Shown: positions 51,583-61,830, numbered from the whole stretch's first letter. The stretch: 63,893 bases of DNA, filler included, from Acetivibrio sp. (GCF_035371925.1; 6 parts of 6 records of this genome joined end to end with filler, not necessarily neighbours in it); one strand, 5' to 3'. Notes: generated by a model not told the origin, from the letters alone. Program-made: numbers and translations.

Positions 51583-52671
51583 TTACTTTTTAGCATTCAA
51601 TACTTTCTTTTTTGGCTTAAAGCTCGCAACAGCAAGGCTTACAAGAAGTACAACTCCTCCATATCCTACAATAGGATAAAGATATTTTACCATATTGGAA
51701 AACCCCAGCTGACTTGCTGCCAATGCCAAAAGGGTTGCTCCGATTATATAAAACTTCGCTTTATTTTCATTTATGTCTGTAATCCTCGCAGAAAATCCAT
51801 ATAAGCTTCCAACAGCTGTGGTATATATTTCTCCGATAAGCACTAACGCATATATAATTTGCAATACATAGGACAGGCTTCCGGCAAGATAAATCATAGG
51901 AATCTCCATATTCCGGACGATTTCAATGTTTCGTTCCATGGCAAAATAAATGGCTATTGCCGAGCCTCCAAGCCCAATTCCTCCAAGTATTGCCCCATTT
52001 CTAAGAGCACTCTCATTCTTTGCCTGCACTCCTAAAGGACCCAATACCGAAATGGCCAGCACCATGTTGTACGAAACATAGAGAATGGCAGCCCAAAGCC
52101 AGTTGCTAATCAGTCCGTTTGCTGACGTTGGCACCGTTGCTGCAACAAGTTCATAACTCCTTGACTGAGGCGTTACAAGGATAATTGATGCCAGGCTGAT
52201 ACCCACCGCTGAAGTAATCAAAAAGGGAACCACTGCGCTGATGGAGTTTATTACCCCTTTGATTCCCGTAAGTACGGTCAATGCTGTAAAAGCAGCCATA
52301 AATATATTCCCCCAAAGGGGATTAATACCAAACTGTTGTTTTACCAAGGCACCTGATCCTGCAATCATTGCAGTAAGAGCACCAAACAGGAAAAAAGTAA
52401 TCAGCCAGTCTGTTAAAGTGCCTAAAAACCTTCCGCCGGAATGCTTGATTATCTGAAGGTGAGATTCTGCCCCAAGACTTCTTCCTATTCCCATGATAAT
52501 ATAGCCGAATACCATAAACAAAGCTGTAACAACAAGCAATCCCCAAAGCCCTTTTAAACCGAAAACCGCAAAAAATTGAAGCATTTCCTGCCCGGATGCA
52601 AATCCCGCTCCCACCACAGTTCCTATATATGTTGCTGCAACTTTAAAGGTTGATATTCTATTATTATCCAT
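51583..52671 (-). CDS. YkvI-family membrane protein
   Basis: YIGTVVGAGFASGQE; ~10 TM helices. Confidence 0.85.
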   Translation of the reverse strand: MDNNRISTFKVAATYIGTVVGAGFASGQEMLQFFAVFGLKGLWGLLVVTALFMVFGYIIMGIGRSLGAESHLQIIKHSGGRFLGTLTDWLITFFLFGALTAMIAGSGALVKQQFGINPLWGNIFMAAFTALTVLTGIKGVINSISAVVPFLITSAVGISLASIILVTPQSRSYELVAATVPTSANGLISNWLWAAILYVSYNMVLAISVLGPLGVQAKNESALRNGAILGGIGLGGSAIAIYFAMERNIEIVRNMEIPMIYLAGSLSYVLQIIYALVLIGEIYTTAVGSLYGFSARITDINENKAKFYIIGATLLALAASQLGFSNMVKYLYPIVGYGGVVLLVSLAVASFKPKKKVLNAKK

Positions 52672-52875
52672 CCCTTTTCATCTCCTTTGCCTGCCAACTT
52701 AAAAAAAACTTCAATATTTAATTTGCCCTTTATAAAACTTCTTATAGTATGTAATAAATACTATGGCACCTATAATGGAGCAAATAAAACCGGCTTATAT
52801 TGATAAATTTTTTTGAATATTTTATTTGATTTAAAAGAAACTAATAGTGAAATACAAATGAGAGGAGTGTTTTAT

Positions 52876-53061
52876 ATGTCTCAAATTAACCAATTGGAGC
52901 TTCAGAATTTAAGACACCTTATTTATTCTCATGAAACTTCGGCAAAAAAATTGGAAGCTTATGCACAGCAGGCTACAGACCCGCAGGTAAAACAAATGTT
53001 CCAAAAATCCGCTCAGGATGCAAGAAACACCAAACAGCAATTAATGTCATTCTTAAACTAA
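52876..53061 (+). CDS. Small spore-coat-associated protein
   Basis: ELQNLRHLI...DPQVKQMF; RBS GAGGAG; paired with the CoatF-domain gene. Confidence 0.65.
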   Translation: MSQINQLELQNLRHLIYSHETSAKKLEAYAQQATDPQVKQMFQKSAQDARNTKQQLMSFLN

Positions 53062-53076
53062 AGGAGGTAAATAACA

Positions 53077-53319
53077 ATGCAGGACAAAGAAATGGTGAAT
53101 GACGTCTTGTCACAGATAAACAGCAGCCTTACAGGTTATGCAAACTTTATTTCACAATCTTCCAATCCGCAGTTGAGACAGACTTTACAGCAAATAAGAA
53201 ACAGCTGCGAAACTTTTCAGTACGACCTCTACAAACTGGCAGAGCAAAAGGGATATTATCATGCAGCTGAAATGGCAGACCAGAGCGATATTTCACAGGT
53301 AAAATCCCAGTTTTTATAA
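53077..53319 (+). CDS. Coat F-domain spore coat protein
   Basis: MQDKEMVND...SSNPQLRQTL...AEQKGYY. Confidence 0.8.
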   Translation: MQDKEMVNDVLSQINSSLTGYANFISQSSNPQLRQTLQQIRNSCETFQYDLYKLAEQKGYYHAAEMADQSDISQVKSQFL

Positions 53320-53360
53320 TACGCAACAATAAACAGCGACCGATTATATCTTCTTTAATC

Positions 53361-53394
53361 AAAAACGGCTTCACTTAGTTTTGAAGCCGTTTTT
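53361..53394. terminator. Bidirectional terminator
   Basis: AAAAACGGCTTCA...TGAAGCCGTTTTT. Confidence 0.8.
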
Positions 53395-53420
53395 GCATAT
53401 ATTCATCATTAGTATTATAA

Positions 53421-53606
53421 TTACCACATACCAATGCCCATTATAAATTGATCGTACAATTCCCTGACTCTGTCATATACCATACTGTCCGAATCCTTTT
53501 TATCATTCAAAAAATGTGTCAGGTCCATAAGTCCGTTTATCCTAGTATCGTAGCCGTTTTCTTTCAATACATCATTAATCTGCTCGAAAATTTCTCTTTC
53601 ACTCAT
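53421..53606 (-). CDS. Small hypothetical protein (61 aa)
   Basis: ATG preceded by GGAGGT. Confidence 0.6.
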   Translation of the reverse strand: MSEREIFEQINDVLKENGYDTRINGLMDLTHFLNDKKDSDSMVYDRVRELYDQFIMGIGMW

Positions 53607-53660
53607 TTTATTACCTCCCTAATATTTCTTCATTTTTCTCTCGTTTTCTCACTCAATCAT

Positions 53661-53760
53661 NNNNNNNNNNNNNNNNNNNNNNNNNNNNNNNNNNNNNNNN
53701 NNNNTTAATTAATTAANNNNNNNNNNNNNNNNNNNNNNNNNNNNNNNNNNNNNNNNNNNN
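53661..53760. other. Artificial contig-joining linker
   Basis: N44-TTAATTAATTAA-N44. Confidence 0.97.
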
Positions 53761-53816
53761 ATTTATCTTATTTTGAGACAGCCCCTTATAAAGGATTATT
53801 ATTAATATTCATAATA

Positions 53817-54386
53817 TTAGCGGTTAAACTTTACAGTAAGAGCATTGTAAACTATTACCGACATTTCGCCGCGAGTAAGCTTATGATTTGCGTCAAGGTT
53901 AAGATTGGTTGAGAGTTTGAGTTCATTTGCTTTGTTTATTATATTGTCTGGCCATTCGCCTTTTAGCGTCTTTTCATATCCAAGGGCACGAATTACGACA
54001 GCAAGGGCTTCAGCGTAAGTTACATCATTATTGGGTGCAATGGTATTGTCAGGGTAACCTGAAACAAGGTCATACTTGATTGCACGTTTTATATTGTTGT
54101 AAGCCCAGTGATTTTTGTTAATATCGGTGAAAGTAACTTTTACGCTGTCAAGATCAGTATCTGTGTCATATCCCATCAAATTTACAACTAAAGTTATAAA
54201 TTCGCTTCTTTTAATTTTGTTTTCAAGTCTTAGGGAGCCATCCTCATAGCCTTTCATAATTCCCAAAGCTACGAGAGCATTCGCATTCTTTGTCTGCACC
54301 TCAGGAATTGACTCAGCCCCTGCGTAAATTGAAGTTAAAGAGAGTACTATGGCCAAAACAAATGAGAGAATTATGTATTTTTTCAC
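53817..54386 (-). CDS. Secreted protein made only of SLH domains
   Basis: Signal peptide; LGIMKGYEDG...IKRSEF, HWAY...SGYPD...VTYAEA, LTRGE. Confidence 0.85.
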   Translation of the reverse strand: MKKYIILSFVLAIVLSLTSIYAGAESIPEVQTKNANALVALGIMKGYEDGSLRLENKIKRSEFITLVVNLMGYDTDTDLDSVKVTFTDINKNHWAYNNIKRAIKYDLVSGYPDNTIAPNNDVTYAEALAVVIRALGYEKTLKGEWPDNIINKANELKLSTNLNLDANHKLTRGEMSVIVYNALTVKFNR

Positions 54387-54603
54387 GCTATCAACTCCAT
54401 TATAGTATTTTATTTACGGCAATATACTTAAATTATACACCATAAAGAATAAACCAAACATTAAATAATAATTACAATTCTCGCAGAAAAAGTGTTTAGT
54501 CTCAGCTTTATCACCTTAAATCCAAAAAAATGCATATATATGCGGAATAATTAAAACTATAATAACCAAAACTAAACTCAGTACAAGAAAAGGAGGAAAA
54601 ATT

Positions 54604-55134
54604 ATGTCAAAAACTATTGCAGCAGTTTTTGATGATTACAGCAGTGCGGAAAGAGCAGCGCATCAGATAAAGGAGCAGGGGCTTAGAACTGACGATATTT
54701 CAATAGTGACAAAGCAGGATCAGGGCGGCAACGATGAAAAAGGCTTTTTTATGGGAAAAGGGGACACTACTGCGAACATGTCTTTAGGTAAAAATGAAGG
54801 CGGAGTAAACGACAACATATCCAATGGAGTGGTATCCGGAGGAATACTTGGAGGATTGGCAGGATTGCTGATCGGTGCAGGAAGCATGGTTATACCGGGA
54901 TTGGGAATTGTAGCTGCTGCAGGTCCGATAACGGGACTTATTTCCGGAGCAGTTACAGGAGGTATTGTCGGCGGACTTATTGATTTGGGTATTCCGGAAA
55001 ACAAAAGCCGTCAGTATGAAACGGATATTAAGGCAGGTAAAACACTTTTCAGCATGAAAGCAGATGACGACAAGATTGACAAGATTAGTGAAATATTAAG
55101 AAGCAACGGTGCCGTAAGCGTGGACAGTTACTAG
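54604..55134 (+). CDS. General stress protein 17M / YflT-like protein
   Basis: AVFDD...DDISIV, Gly-rich hairpin IPGLG..AAGP, LIDLGIPE. Confidence 0.8.
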   Translation: MSKTIAAVFDDYSSAERAAHQIKEQGLRTDDISIVTKQDQGGNDEKGFFMGKGDTTANMSLGKNEGGVNDNISNGVVSGGILGGLAGLLIGAGSMVIPGLGIVAAAGPITGLISGAVTGGIVGGLIDLGIPENKSRQYETDIKAGKTLFSMKADDDKIDKISEILRSNGAVSVDSY

Positions 55135-55162
55135 ATTTATCATCCAGGAAAAAAACTATAAT

Positions 55163-55193
55163 AAAAAGCGAAGGGTTGATTCCCCTCGCTTTT
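55163..55193. terminator. Bidirectional terminator
   Basis: AAAAAGCGAAGGG...CCCCTCGCTTTT. Confidence 0.75.
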
Positions 55194-55204
55194 ATTATTG
55201 AAAT

Positions 55205-56917
55205 TTATTCGGATACAAGTGTTTCATCAACAACTTCACCGGGAAGCGGTGGCTGCGGTGTCGGATCGGATGCCGGCAATAATGATGTTTCGGGGACTGG
55301 AGAATGAGTTTCTGCTGATTTGGCAGCTTTTTTAGTACCCCTCTTGATAATGGTTTCATAAGGAATGTAAGTACTTCTGTGAATCTTGTTATCACTTACA
55401 ACATTACCGTTAACCTTTACTATTTTATATGTGTCTATGGTATATCCTGTATATCCCGACTGAATAACCACTGTCTGACCCTCTTCAAGATTTGGGTCAT
55501 CTACATATTTGACAGGCGATGGCTTTGAGCCCACCTGAACATGCTTTATTTCCACCGTTTTTGACGGTTCTTCCTTTGTGCCGTAGAGTGTGAAATATAC
55601 GCTGTTGTTCTTTACACTGGATACAATTTTAATTGGCCAGTTTGTATTGTTTTTAAACCTGAAATCCGATTCGTTGTATGAAACAGCAGCATCTCTCCCC
55701 AGTGGAATATATGATACGGTAAATATGTGATTATGCCTTTCTACTGTTTCCAAGTCTGCAAAAAGCACTGCACTGTAAAGGGTCGACGACACTTGACATA
55801 CTCCTCCGCCAATTCCGTCCACTATTTTGCCGTTAACATACTCTTTTGCAGTCTTAAATCCATTTGCTACTGTTCTTGGGCCAACTACATTATTAAATGA
55901 AAACTCTTCGCCGGGAGCAAGAATTTTACCGTTTATTTTTGATGCTGCAATACCTATATTAACTCCTCTGTTGTAGTTGTTTTGACCCGCTGTGGAAAAG
56001 GATGTACTTGATGATGCAAGAACATCTTTAAAAAGTTTTGCATTTACATCATCCGTTGTAACTTTCGGCTGCGTGAATTTTACCGGAAGTAATATTTCTT
56101 TGTCTGTGGTGTTTTCATTTTGCTTAATTATATCGGTAAGTTCCGATTTTGAAATTTCACGACCCAACTGGTGGGGAATAACTTTTACACTGTTGTTTTC
56201 AACGGCCGGTTTTGCATCAACCGGTTCTGCAACTATTTGATTATAAATATCGTCAATGTCAATCGCTTTGGGCATGTTTGTTATAACAGGAACGTCAAAG
56301 GTTCCGCCGGTGCACGTTTTTATTGAGTCCTCAATAATTTCAAAAGCTTTTTCTTTATCTATTGATTTACCGGGATGTCCGGTAGTAAAGGTAACCTTGT
56401 TATCCTGTATGGAGAGATTTGCTTCTTTGACCGAAACCAGTGTTTTGGAATAAAAATCGTCAACTATCTCGCTGACTTTGTCATGATTGTAGGAGTACTC
56501 TAAACTTAGCCGAACACCTTTCTTACTGGCATTGAAAATTTCAGACAACCTTGCAAATATATTTCCTTTTCTGCCCACATCAAAAGCTTTTTGAGCGGCT
56601 TCTTCAATTTCATATTTCAAGTCTATTTTGGACAAGTCAACTTCCGCAGTTACACCATCGTTTTCTAGAATAACCTTTATATCTTTTGACTTTTCGGTAT
56701 AGCTTGAATTAAGAGAGTCATAAATGTCTCCGAGAGTCATTCGGCTGATGTTTATATCATTTATAAACACACCTTTGTAGACCCTATCATAGGATAGCGT
56801 AGAATAAATAAAAAATATGGATATGAGTATGCAAACCGATATCAATACCAATAAGCAGATTAATACTATTTTTGTTCTTGGATTTAAACTCTTTTTTTGA
56901 ACTACAGGGTCAGCCAT
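55205..56917 (-). CDS. VanW-family protein with PG-binding and G5 domains (YoaR-like)
   Basis: TM anchor; PGEEFSFNNVVGPR, GGGVCQVSSTLY, GRDAAV; C-terminal G5-like segment. Confidence 0.85.
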   Translation of the reverse strand: MADPVVQKKSLNPRTKIVLICLLVLISVCILISIFFIYSTLSYDRVYKGVFINDINISRMTLGDIYDSLNSSYTEKSKDIKVILENDGVTAEVDLSKIDLKYEIEEAAQKAFDVGRKGNIFARLSEIFNASKKGVRLSLEYSYNHDKVSEIVDDFYSKTLVSVKEANLSIQDNKVTFTTGHPGKSIDKEKAFEIIEDSIKTCTGGTFDVPVITNMPKAIDIDDIYNQIVAEPVDAKPAVENNSVKVIPHQLGREISKSELTDIIKQNENTTDKEILLPVKFTQPKVTTDDVNAKLFKDVLASSSTSFSTAGQNNYNRGVNIGIAASKINGKILAPGEEFSFNNVVGPRTVANGFKTAKEYVNGKIVDGIGGGVCQVSSTLYSAVLFADLETVERHNHIFTVSYIPLGRDAAVSYNESDFRFKNNTNWPIKIVSSVKNNSVYFTLYGTKEEPSKTVEIKHVQVGSKPSPVKYVDDPNLEEGQTVVIQSGYTGYTIDTYKIVKVNGNVVSDNKIHRSTYIPYETIIKRGTKKAAKSAETHSPVPETSLLPASDPTPQPPLPGEVVDETLVSE

Positions 56918-57473
56918 AAAAAACACTCCAAATCAAATTTAATTTTTAAAATAATACTTATTAATTATATGTTTAGACGTATTTGCCTGAAGTTTGGTTC
57001 GAAATAAACCGAATCGATTGCATCGAAAATATAAAATTACCATTATTCCTTATCTTGGGATAATTATATTATCGCAAGTTTATTACAAAAAAACAATATA
57101 TTATTAAATGAAAAAATGTAAATTGCTGTATTATAATAATATTCACAACCTTTAATGTTATTATCGGTTAAGAAGCTTTTTTTGCTTATGTTTTAAAGCC
57201 TTATATCAAGCCATATTCAGAAAGAATGTTTTTCCAGTAAATATTAGAATCCAAGAATAATAGGTCCAATACTTTTCTTAAAATGAAAACCTCCGTTTTT
57301 TTATTAAAAAAATGCTATTAATAGTGTATTAAAGGACAAAGTATTCGGTTAATAATCATTGCAAAATGTATAGTCAAGGTAAAAACTGCTTATACTTAAT
57401 AATGTATGAAACTGTATTTGATTTAAGAATATTATGAAAGTGAAACTTAAAAAAATAAATATAAGGTGATTGT

Positions 57474-57797
57474 ATGAATTTAAGTACACAAAGAAATCTG
57501 AATATCAGACTTTTGAAGAATGTCATATTCACAAAATTGTCCGGTTTATTAGTAAAAGCAAAAAGTGAATTGACAGAAGATGAAGAGTTTAAAGAAGTTG
57601 AAGAATTGATAAAATGCATTAAAGATGCAAAAAAAGAGTGGATTAGTGCCACTGCAAATTTTGAGCATGCTACTGACAGTGAAATAATTGACTATTACAC
57701 CTATGAGATAAAAGCCTATCAGTTAAGATATGAGTATCTTTTGAAAAAGGCAAAGGAAAAAGGAATAAAAGTAAACGAAGACAGCATTATTGTTTGA
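57474..57797 (+). CDS. yaaL: YaaL-family protein (DUF2508)
   Basis: AKKEW..A..NFEHATD..IIDYYTYEIKA...RYEYLL; upstream of bofA. Confidence 0.82.
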   Translation: MNLSTQRNLNIRLLKNVIFTKLSGLLVKAKSELTEDEEFKEVEELIKCIKDAKKEWISATANFEHATDSEIIDYYTYEIKAYQLRYEYLLKKAKEKGIKVNEDSIIV

Positions 57798-57948
57798 TAT
57801 TTTAGCCCCACTTCTGCTTATACAAAATCTATTTTTGTAATAAATGTTTGACCCAAACTATATATTTATATATATGAAAGGATTTATTTTCATTAAGCCG
57901 TATGAAAATAAAACCTTGTTGATTTAAAAGTACAAAAGTGAAAGCGGA

Positions 57949-58233
57949 GTGGGGATGCATATGGCTGTGGAATTTGGAACAGTATCTACTTATGTAATAG
58001 GAATAGTACTTTTATATTTTTTGGGAAAGTATCTGGTTGTCCCGATGAAAACTGTCTTAAAACTTGTATACAATGGTCTGATTGGGGCAGTCGCCGTTCT
58101 GGTAATTAACTTTGTAGGGGGTAATTTCGGCTTTCAAATTGCATTAAATCCTTTAACGTCAATTATTGTAGGTACGCTGGGAGTACCGGGAGTACTTACG
58201 ATATCAATTCTAAAATATCTTTTCGGAGTGTAA
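57949..58233 (+). CDS. bofA: Pro-sigmaK processing inhibitor BofA
   Basis: Small three-TM protein with IALNP.T..IVG.LGVPGV. Confidence 0.85.
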   Translation: MGMHMAVEFGTVSTYVIGIVLLYFLGKYLVVPMKTVLKLVYNGLIGAVAVLVINFVGGNFGFQIALNPLTSIIVGTLGVPGVLTISILKYLFGV

Positions 58234-58377
58234 AAGCAATCTCAAATTCCATATAATACCTCTTTTATGCAATCAATAAAAAATTAAAACTTCGTGTAAA
58301 TGCATAAGAAATTGTATACAAAGAACATAGAAAGAGCAAATCAATGCAGATATCAAGCCATTTTCAATTTAGATTTC

Positions 58378-58406
58378 TTGACAAAAAATTGACAAACAAT
58401 TATACT
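58378..58406 (+). promoter_or_regulatory. sigmaA promoter of the PFOR operon
   Basis: TTGACA (58378-83), 17-bp spacer, TATACT (58401-06); a second TTGACA at 58389-94. Confidence 0.7.
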
Positions 58407-58496
58407 TGAAGATGTATTAATCTATGTTTTTGATAATACAAAGCTGAATTTTTTCAGCATAAAACTTCTCATAAATAAAATAAGGAGGATTACCAC

Positions 58497-59075
58497 ATGG
58501 GCAAGGTTGTTGAAATCAGATGGCATGGGCGTGGCGGACAAGGTGCCAAAACTGCATCGCTTTTGCTGGCTGACGCTGCATTCAATACCGGAAAATACAT
58601 ACAGGGTTTTCCGGAATACGGTCCAGAAAGAATGGGCGCACCGATCACGGCTTATAACAGGATTAGTGACGATAAACTTACCATTCACAGCAACATTTAT
58701 GAGCCAGATTATGTTGTAGTTGTAGACGATACTCTTTTGACATCGGTTGATGTTACATCAGGTTTGAAGGAAGATGGAGCTATTATTGTCAACACTCCAA
58801 AATCTCCTGACGAAATAAGACCTCTTTTAAAGGGTTACAAGGGAAAAGTTTGCACAATTGACGCAAGAACCATTTCTATTGAAACTTTGGGAAGATATTT
58901 CCCAAACACTCCAATGCTTGGTGCTGTAGTAAAGGTTAGCAAAATCATGGACGAAAAAGAATTCCTCGACGATATGGTAGAATCATTCAAGCATAAGTTT
59001 GCAAACAAGCCTGAGGTTGTTGAGGGCAATATTAAGGCTCTCGAGAGGTCAATGCAGGAGGTGAAGGGATTATGA
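58497..59075 (+). CDS. porC: Pyruvate:ferredoxin oxidoreductase gamma subunit
   Basis: EIRWHGRGGQGAKT, PEYGPERMGAP. Confidence 0.9.
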   Translation: MGKVVEIRWHGRGGQGAKTASLLLADAAFNTGKYIQGFPEYGPERMGAPITAYNRISDDKLTIHSNIYEPDYVVVVDDTLLTSVDVTSGLKEDGAIIVNTPKSPDEIRPLLKGYKGKVCTIDARTISIETLGRYFPNTPMLGAVVKVSKIMDEKEFLDDMVESFKHKFANKPEVVEGNIKALERSMQEVKGL

Positions 59076-59380
59076 GCAAAAAGGAATTGAGAGACGTAAG
59101 ACCTGATGTTACTTGGAAAGATATAACACCTGGCGGAGCAATAGATTCTCCCGGAAATGCACATCTTTTTAGGACAGGCGATTGGCGTTCGATGAAGCCT
59201 GTTTGGAATTCGGAAAAATGCAAACAGTGTTTGCTTTGCAATCCGGTATGTCCTGATTCATCCATATTGGTAAATGAAGAATCAAAAATGACAGGTATAG
59301 ATTATGATCACTGTAAAGGATGTGGCATTTGTGCAAAGGTATGTCCTTTCAAAGCCATAGACTTTGTAGAGGAAGTATAA
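59072..59380 (+). CDS. porD: PFOR delta subunit (2x[4Fe-4S])
   Basis: TGDWRSMKP, CKQCLLC..VCP, CKGCGIC..VCP. Confidence 0.9.
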   Translation: MSKKELRDVRPDVTWKDITPGGAIDSPGNAHLFRTGDWRSMKPVWNSEKCKQCLLCNPVCPDSSILVNEESKMTGIDYDHCKGCGICAKVCPFKAIDFVEEV

Positions 59381-59396
59381 GGAAGGGGGATGCAAA

Positions 59397-60581
59397 ATGG
59401 GAATAAGAGAAAGGCTTAGCGGTAATGAAGCAACAGCGATTGCTATGAAACAGATAAATCCTGACGTAGTTGCGGCGTTTCCAATAACACCATCTACAGA
59501 AATTCCTCAATATTTCTCTTCATTTGTTGCCGATGGTGTTGTTGATACAGAATTTATAGCAGTAGAATCCGAGCACAGTGCAATGTCTGCATGTATAGGT
59601 GCTCAGGCTGCAGGTGGAAGGGCGATGACTGCCACATCTGCAAACGGTTTGGCATATATGTGGGAGGCTTTGTATATAGCAGCAAGTTCAAGACTTCCAA
59701 TTGTGTTGGCGGCTGTAAACAGAGCACTTTCCGGTCCTATCAATATCCATAACGACCACAGTGATACTATGGGAGCTAGGGATTCCGGATGGATACAAAT
59801 ATACAGTGAAAACAATCAGGAAGCTTACGACAATATGCTTATGGCCCACAGAATAGGTGAGCACCCGGATGTAATGCTTCCTGTTATGGTATGTCAAGAC
59901 GGATTTATTACTTCTCACGCTATAGAAAATATTGAATTGGTGGAAGATGAAAAGGTTAAGGCTTTTGTTGGAGAATATAAGCCTGCTCAATATCTTCTCG
60001 ACAGAGAAAATCCGATTTCTGTAGGTCCGTTAGACCTTCAAATGCATTATTTCGAGCACAAGAGACAGCAGGCTCAGGCAATGGCAAATGCCAAGAAGGT
60101 AATTCTTGAAGTGGCGGAAGAATTCTATAAGCTTACAGGAAGAAAGTACGGATTGTTTGAAGAATATAAGACTGATGATGCTGATGTAGCTATCGTTGTT
60201 ATGAACTCCACTGCTGGTACTGTAAAATATGTTGTTGACCAGTACAGGGCAAAAGGCTTGAAAGTTGGTTTGATAAAGCCAAGAGTGTTCAGACCGTTCC
60301 CTGTTGATGAATTGGCTGAGGCTTTATCAAAGTTTAAGGCAGTAGCAGTTTTAGACAAGGCAGACAGCTTCAACGCAGCCGGAGGACCTTTGTTTACTGA
60401 AATAACAAGTGCTCTCTTCACAAAAGGAATATTCGGTCCTAAGGTTATAAACTACATTTTCGGACTTGGTGGAAGAGACGTTAAAGCTGATGATATACAA
60501 GTTGCTTATGATAAATTGTTAGAAATCGCAAGTACAGGTAAAGTAGACTCAGTATACAATTACCTTGGCGTTAGAGAATAG
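59397..60581 (+). CDS. porA: PFOR alpha subunit
   Basis: AAFPITPST, VESEHSA, TATSANG. Confidence 0.9.
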   Translation: MGIRERLSGNEATAIAMKQINPDVVAAFPITPSTEIPQYFSSFVADGVVDTEFIAVESEHSAMSACIGAQAAGGRAMTATSANGLAYMWEALYIAASSRLPIVLAAVNRALSGPINIHNDHSDTMGARDSGWIQIYSENNQEAYDNMLMAHRIGEHPDVMLPVMVCQDGFITSHAIENIELVEDEKVKAFVGEYKPAQYLLDRENPISVGPLDLQMHYFEHKRQQAQAMANAKKVILEVAEEFYKLTGRKYGLFEEYKTDDADVAIVVMNSTAGTVKYVVDQYRAKGLKVGLIKPRVFRPFPVDELAEALSKFKAVAVLDKADSFNAAGGPLFTEITSALFTKGIFGPKVINYIFGLGGRDVKADDIQVAYDKLLEIASTGKVDSVYNYLGVRE

Positions 60582-60593
60582 GAGGTGCGGTAA

Positions 60594-61529
60594 ATGGCTT
60601 ATAATTTAAAAGAAGTAGCTAAAAAACCGGAAAGGCTTACCGGCGGACACAGAATGTGTGCAGGCTGTGGAGCTCCGATAGTTGTTAGACAGATATTAAA
60701 GGCATTAAAGCCGGAAGACCATGCAGTTATATCAAGTGCAACAGGTTGTTTGGAAGTTTCAACTTTTATTTATCCATATACAGCATGGAAGGATTCTTTC
60801 ATTCATAGTGCGTTTGAAAATACCGGTGCTACAATCTCCGGTGCGGAAGCAGCTTATAATGTATTAAAGAAAAAAGGAAAAATTCAAGGGGAGACAAAGT
60901 TTATCGCATTCGGCGGTGACGGCGGAACATACGATATAGGATTCCAGGCATTATCGGGAGCAATGGAAAGAGGACATGACATGGTTTATGTTTGCTACGA
61001 CAATGGAGCATACATGAACACGGGTATTCAGAGGTCTTCTGCAACTCCAAAATATGCCGATACTACAACTTCACCTGCAGGAAAGAAAATACCCGGTAAG
61101 ATGCAGCCAAGAAAAGATCTTACTGAGATAATGTCAAACCATCACATACCTTATGTTGCTCAAACTGCTCCGATAGGTAATATGAAAGATCTTTATGAAA
61201 AGGCTGAAAAGGCAATTTATACACCCGGACCTGCATTCCTTAACGTATTGGCGCCATGTCCAAGAGGATGGAGATACAACACTCCCGATTTGATGGAATT
61301 GAGCAAAATGGCTGTTGAAACATGTTTCTGGCCGCTTTATGAGGTTATTGACGGCAAATATATAATAAACTACAAACCGAAGGAAAAGGTTCCTGTTAAG
61401 GAATTCTTGAAACTCCAAGGAAGATTTAAGCATCTCTTTAAGGCTGGCAATGAGTATATGTTGGAAGAAATACAGAAGGAAGTTGACAGCAGATGGGAAA
61501 GACTTTTACAATTAGCTGGAGAAGCTTAA
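60594..61529 (+). CDS. porB: PFOR beta subunit (TPP-binding)
   Basis: HRMCAGCG, GGDGGTYDIG, YDNGAYMNTG, PCPRGW. Confidence 0.9.
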   Translation: MAYNLKEVAKKPERLTGGHRMCAGCGAPIVVRQILKALKPEDHAVISSATGCLEVSTFIYPYTAWKDSFIHSAFENTGATISGAEAAYNVLKKKGKIQGETKFIAFGGDGGTYDIGFQALSGAMERGHDMVYVCYDNGAYMNTGIQRSSATPKYADTTTSPAGKKIPGKMQPRKDLTEIMSNHHIPYVAQTAPIGNMKDLYEKAEKAIYTPGPAFLNVLAPCPRGWRYNTPDLMELSKMAVETCFWPLYEVIDGKYIINYKPKEKVPVKEFLKLQGRFKHLFKAGNEYMLEEIQKEVDSRWERLLQLAGEA

Positions 61530-61552
61530 AAATAATAAAGTAAATTATTAAT

Positions 61553-61583
61553 AAAAAGACCTGGGTATTTAGCCTGGGTCTTT
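61553..61583. terminator. Terminator shared by the PFOR operon and the convergent agrD-like unit
   Basis: AAAAAGACCTGGG...CCTGGGTCTTT, with G-U pairs on the plus strand. Confidence 0.6.
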
Positions 61584-61597
61584 AAATTTGTAATGAT

Positions 61598-61738
61598 TTA
61601 TAATTCAGATTTAGAGCTTTTGAGAAGAGCTTTTGGAACTTTGGGTTGGTGGAAAAAGAAGAAACAGGCAGAACTTGCCGATAGAACTGCAAACAGGGTA
61701 ACAGCAAAGGACACTATACTTAAAGTTTTTTTAAACAT
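61598..61738 (-). CDS. agrD: AgrD-type cyclic (thio)lactone autoinducer precursor, 46 aa
   Basis: Manual translation MFKKTLSIVSFAVTLFAVLSASSACFFFFHQPKVPKALLKSSKSEL*; strong RBS GGAGGGG; amphipathic leader + SSAC-xxxx + HQP.xP follower. Absent from the ORF track. Confidence 0.85.
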   Translation of the reverse strand: MFKKTLSIVSFAVTLFAVLSASSACFFFFHQPKVPKALLKSSKSEL

Positions 61739-61830
61739 AAAAAATTACTCCCCTCCATACATATTCCCTAGCGATTATGAAGCCAGTATTATATTAAAGT
61801 CATTGCAAAAAGATTGATTTATATACAAAG

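Noticed and set aside
21597..61529. Functional link between the TPP-riboswitch thiamine operon and the TPP-dependent PFOR, or any other cross-contig clustering
   Set aside because: The genes lie on different contigs joined artificially.
61593..61817. 74-aa plus-strand ORF from the track
   Set aside because: It has no RBS and is antisense to the much better supported agrD-like ORF.
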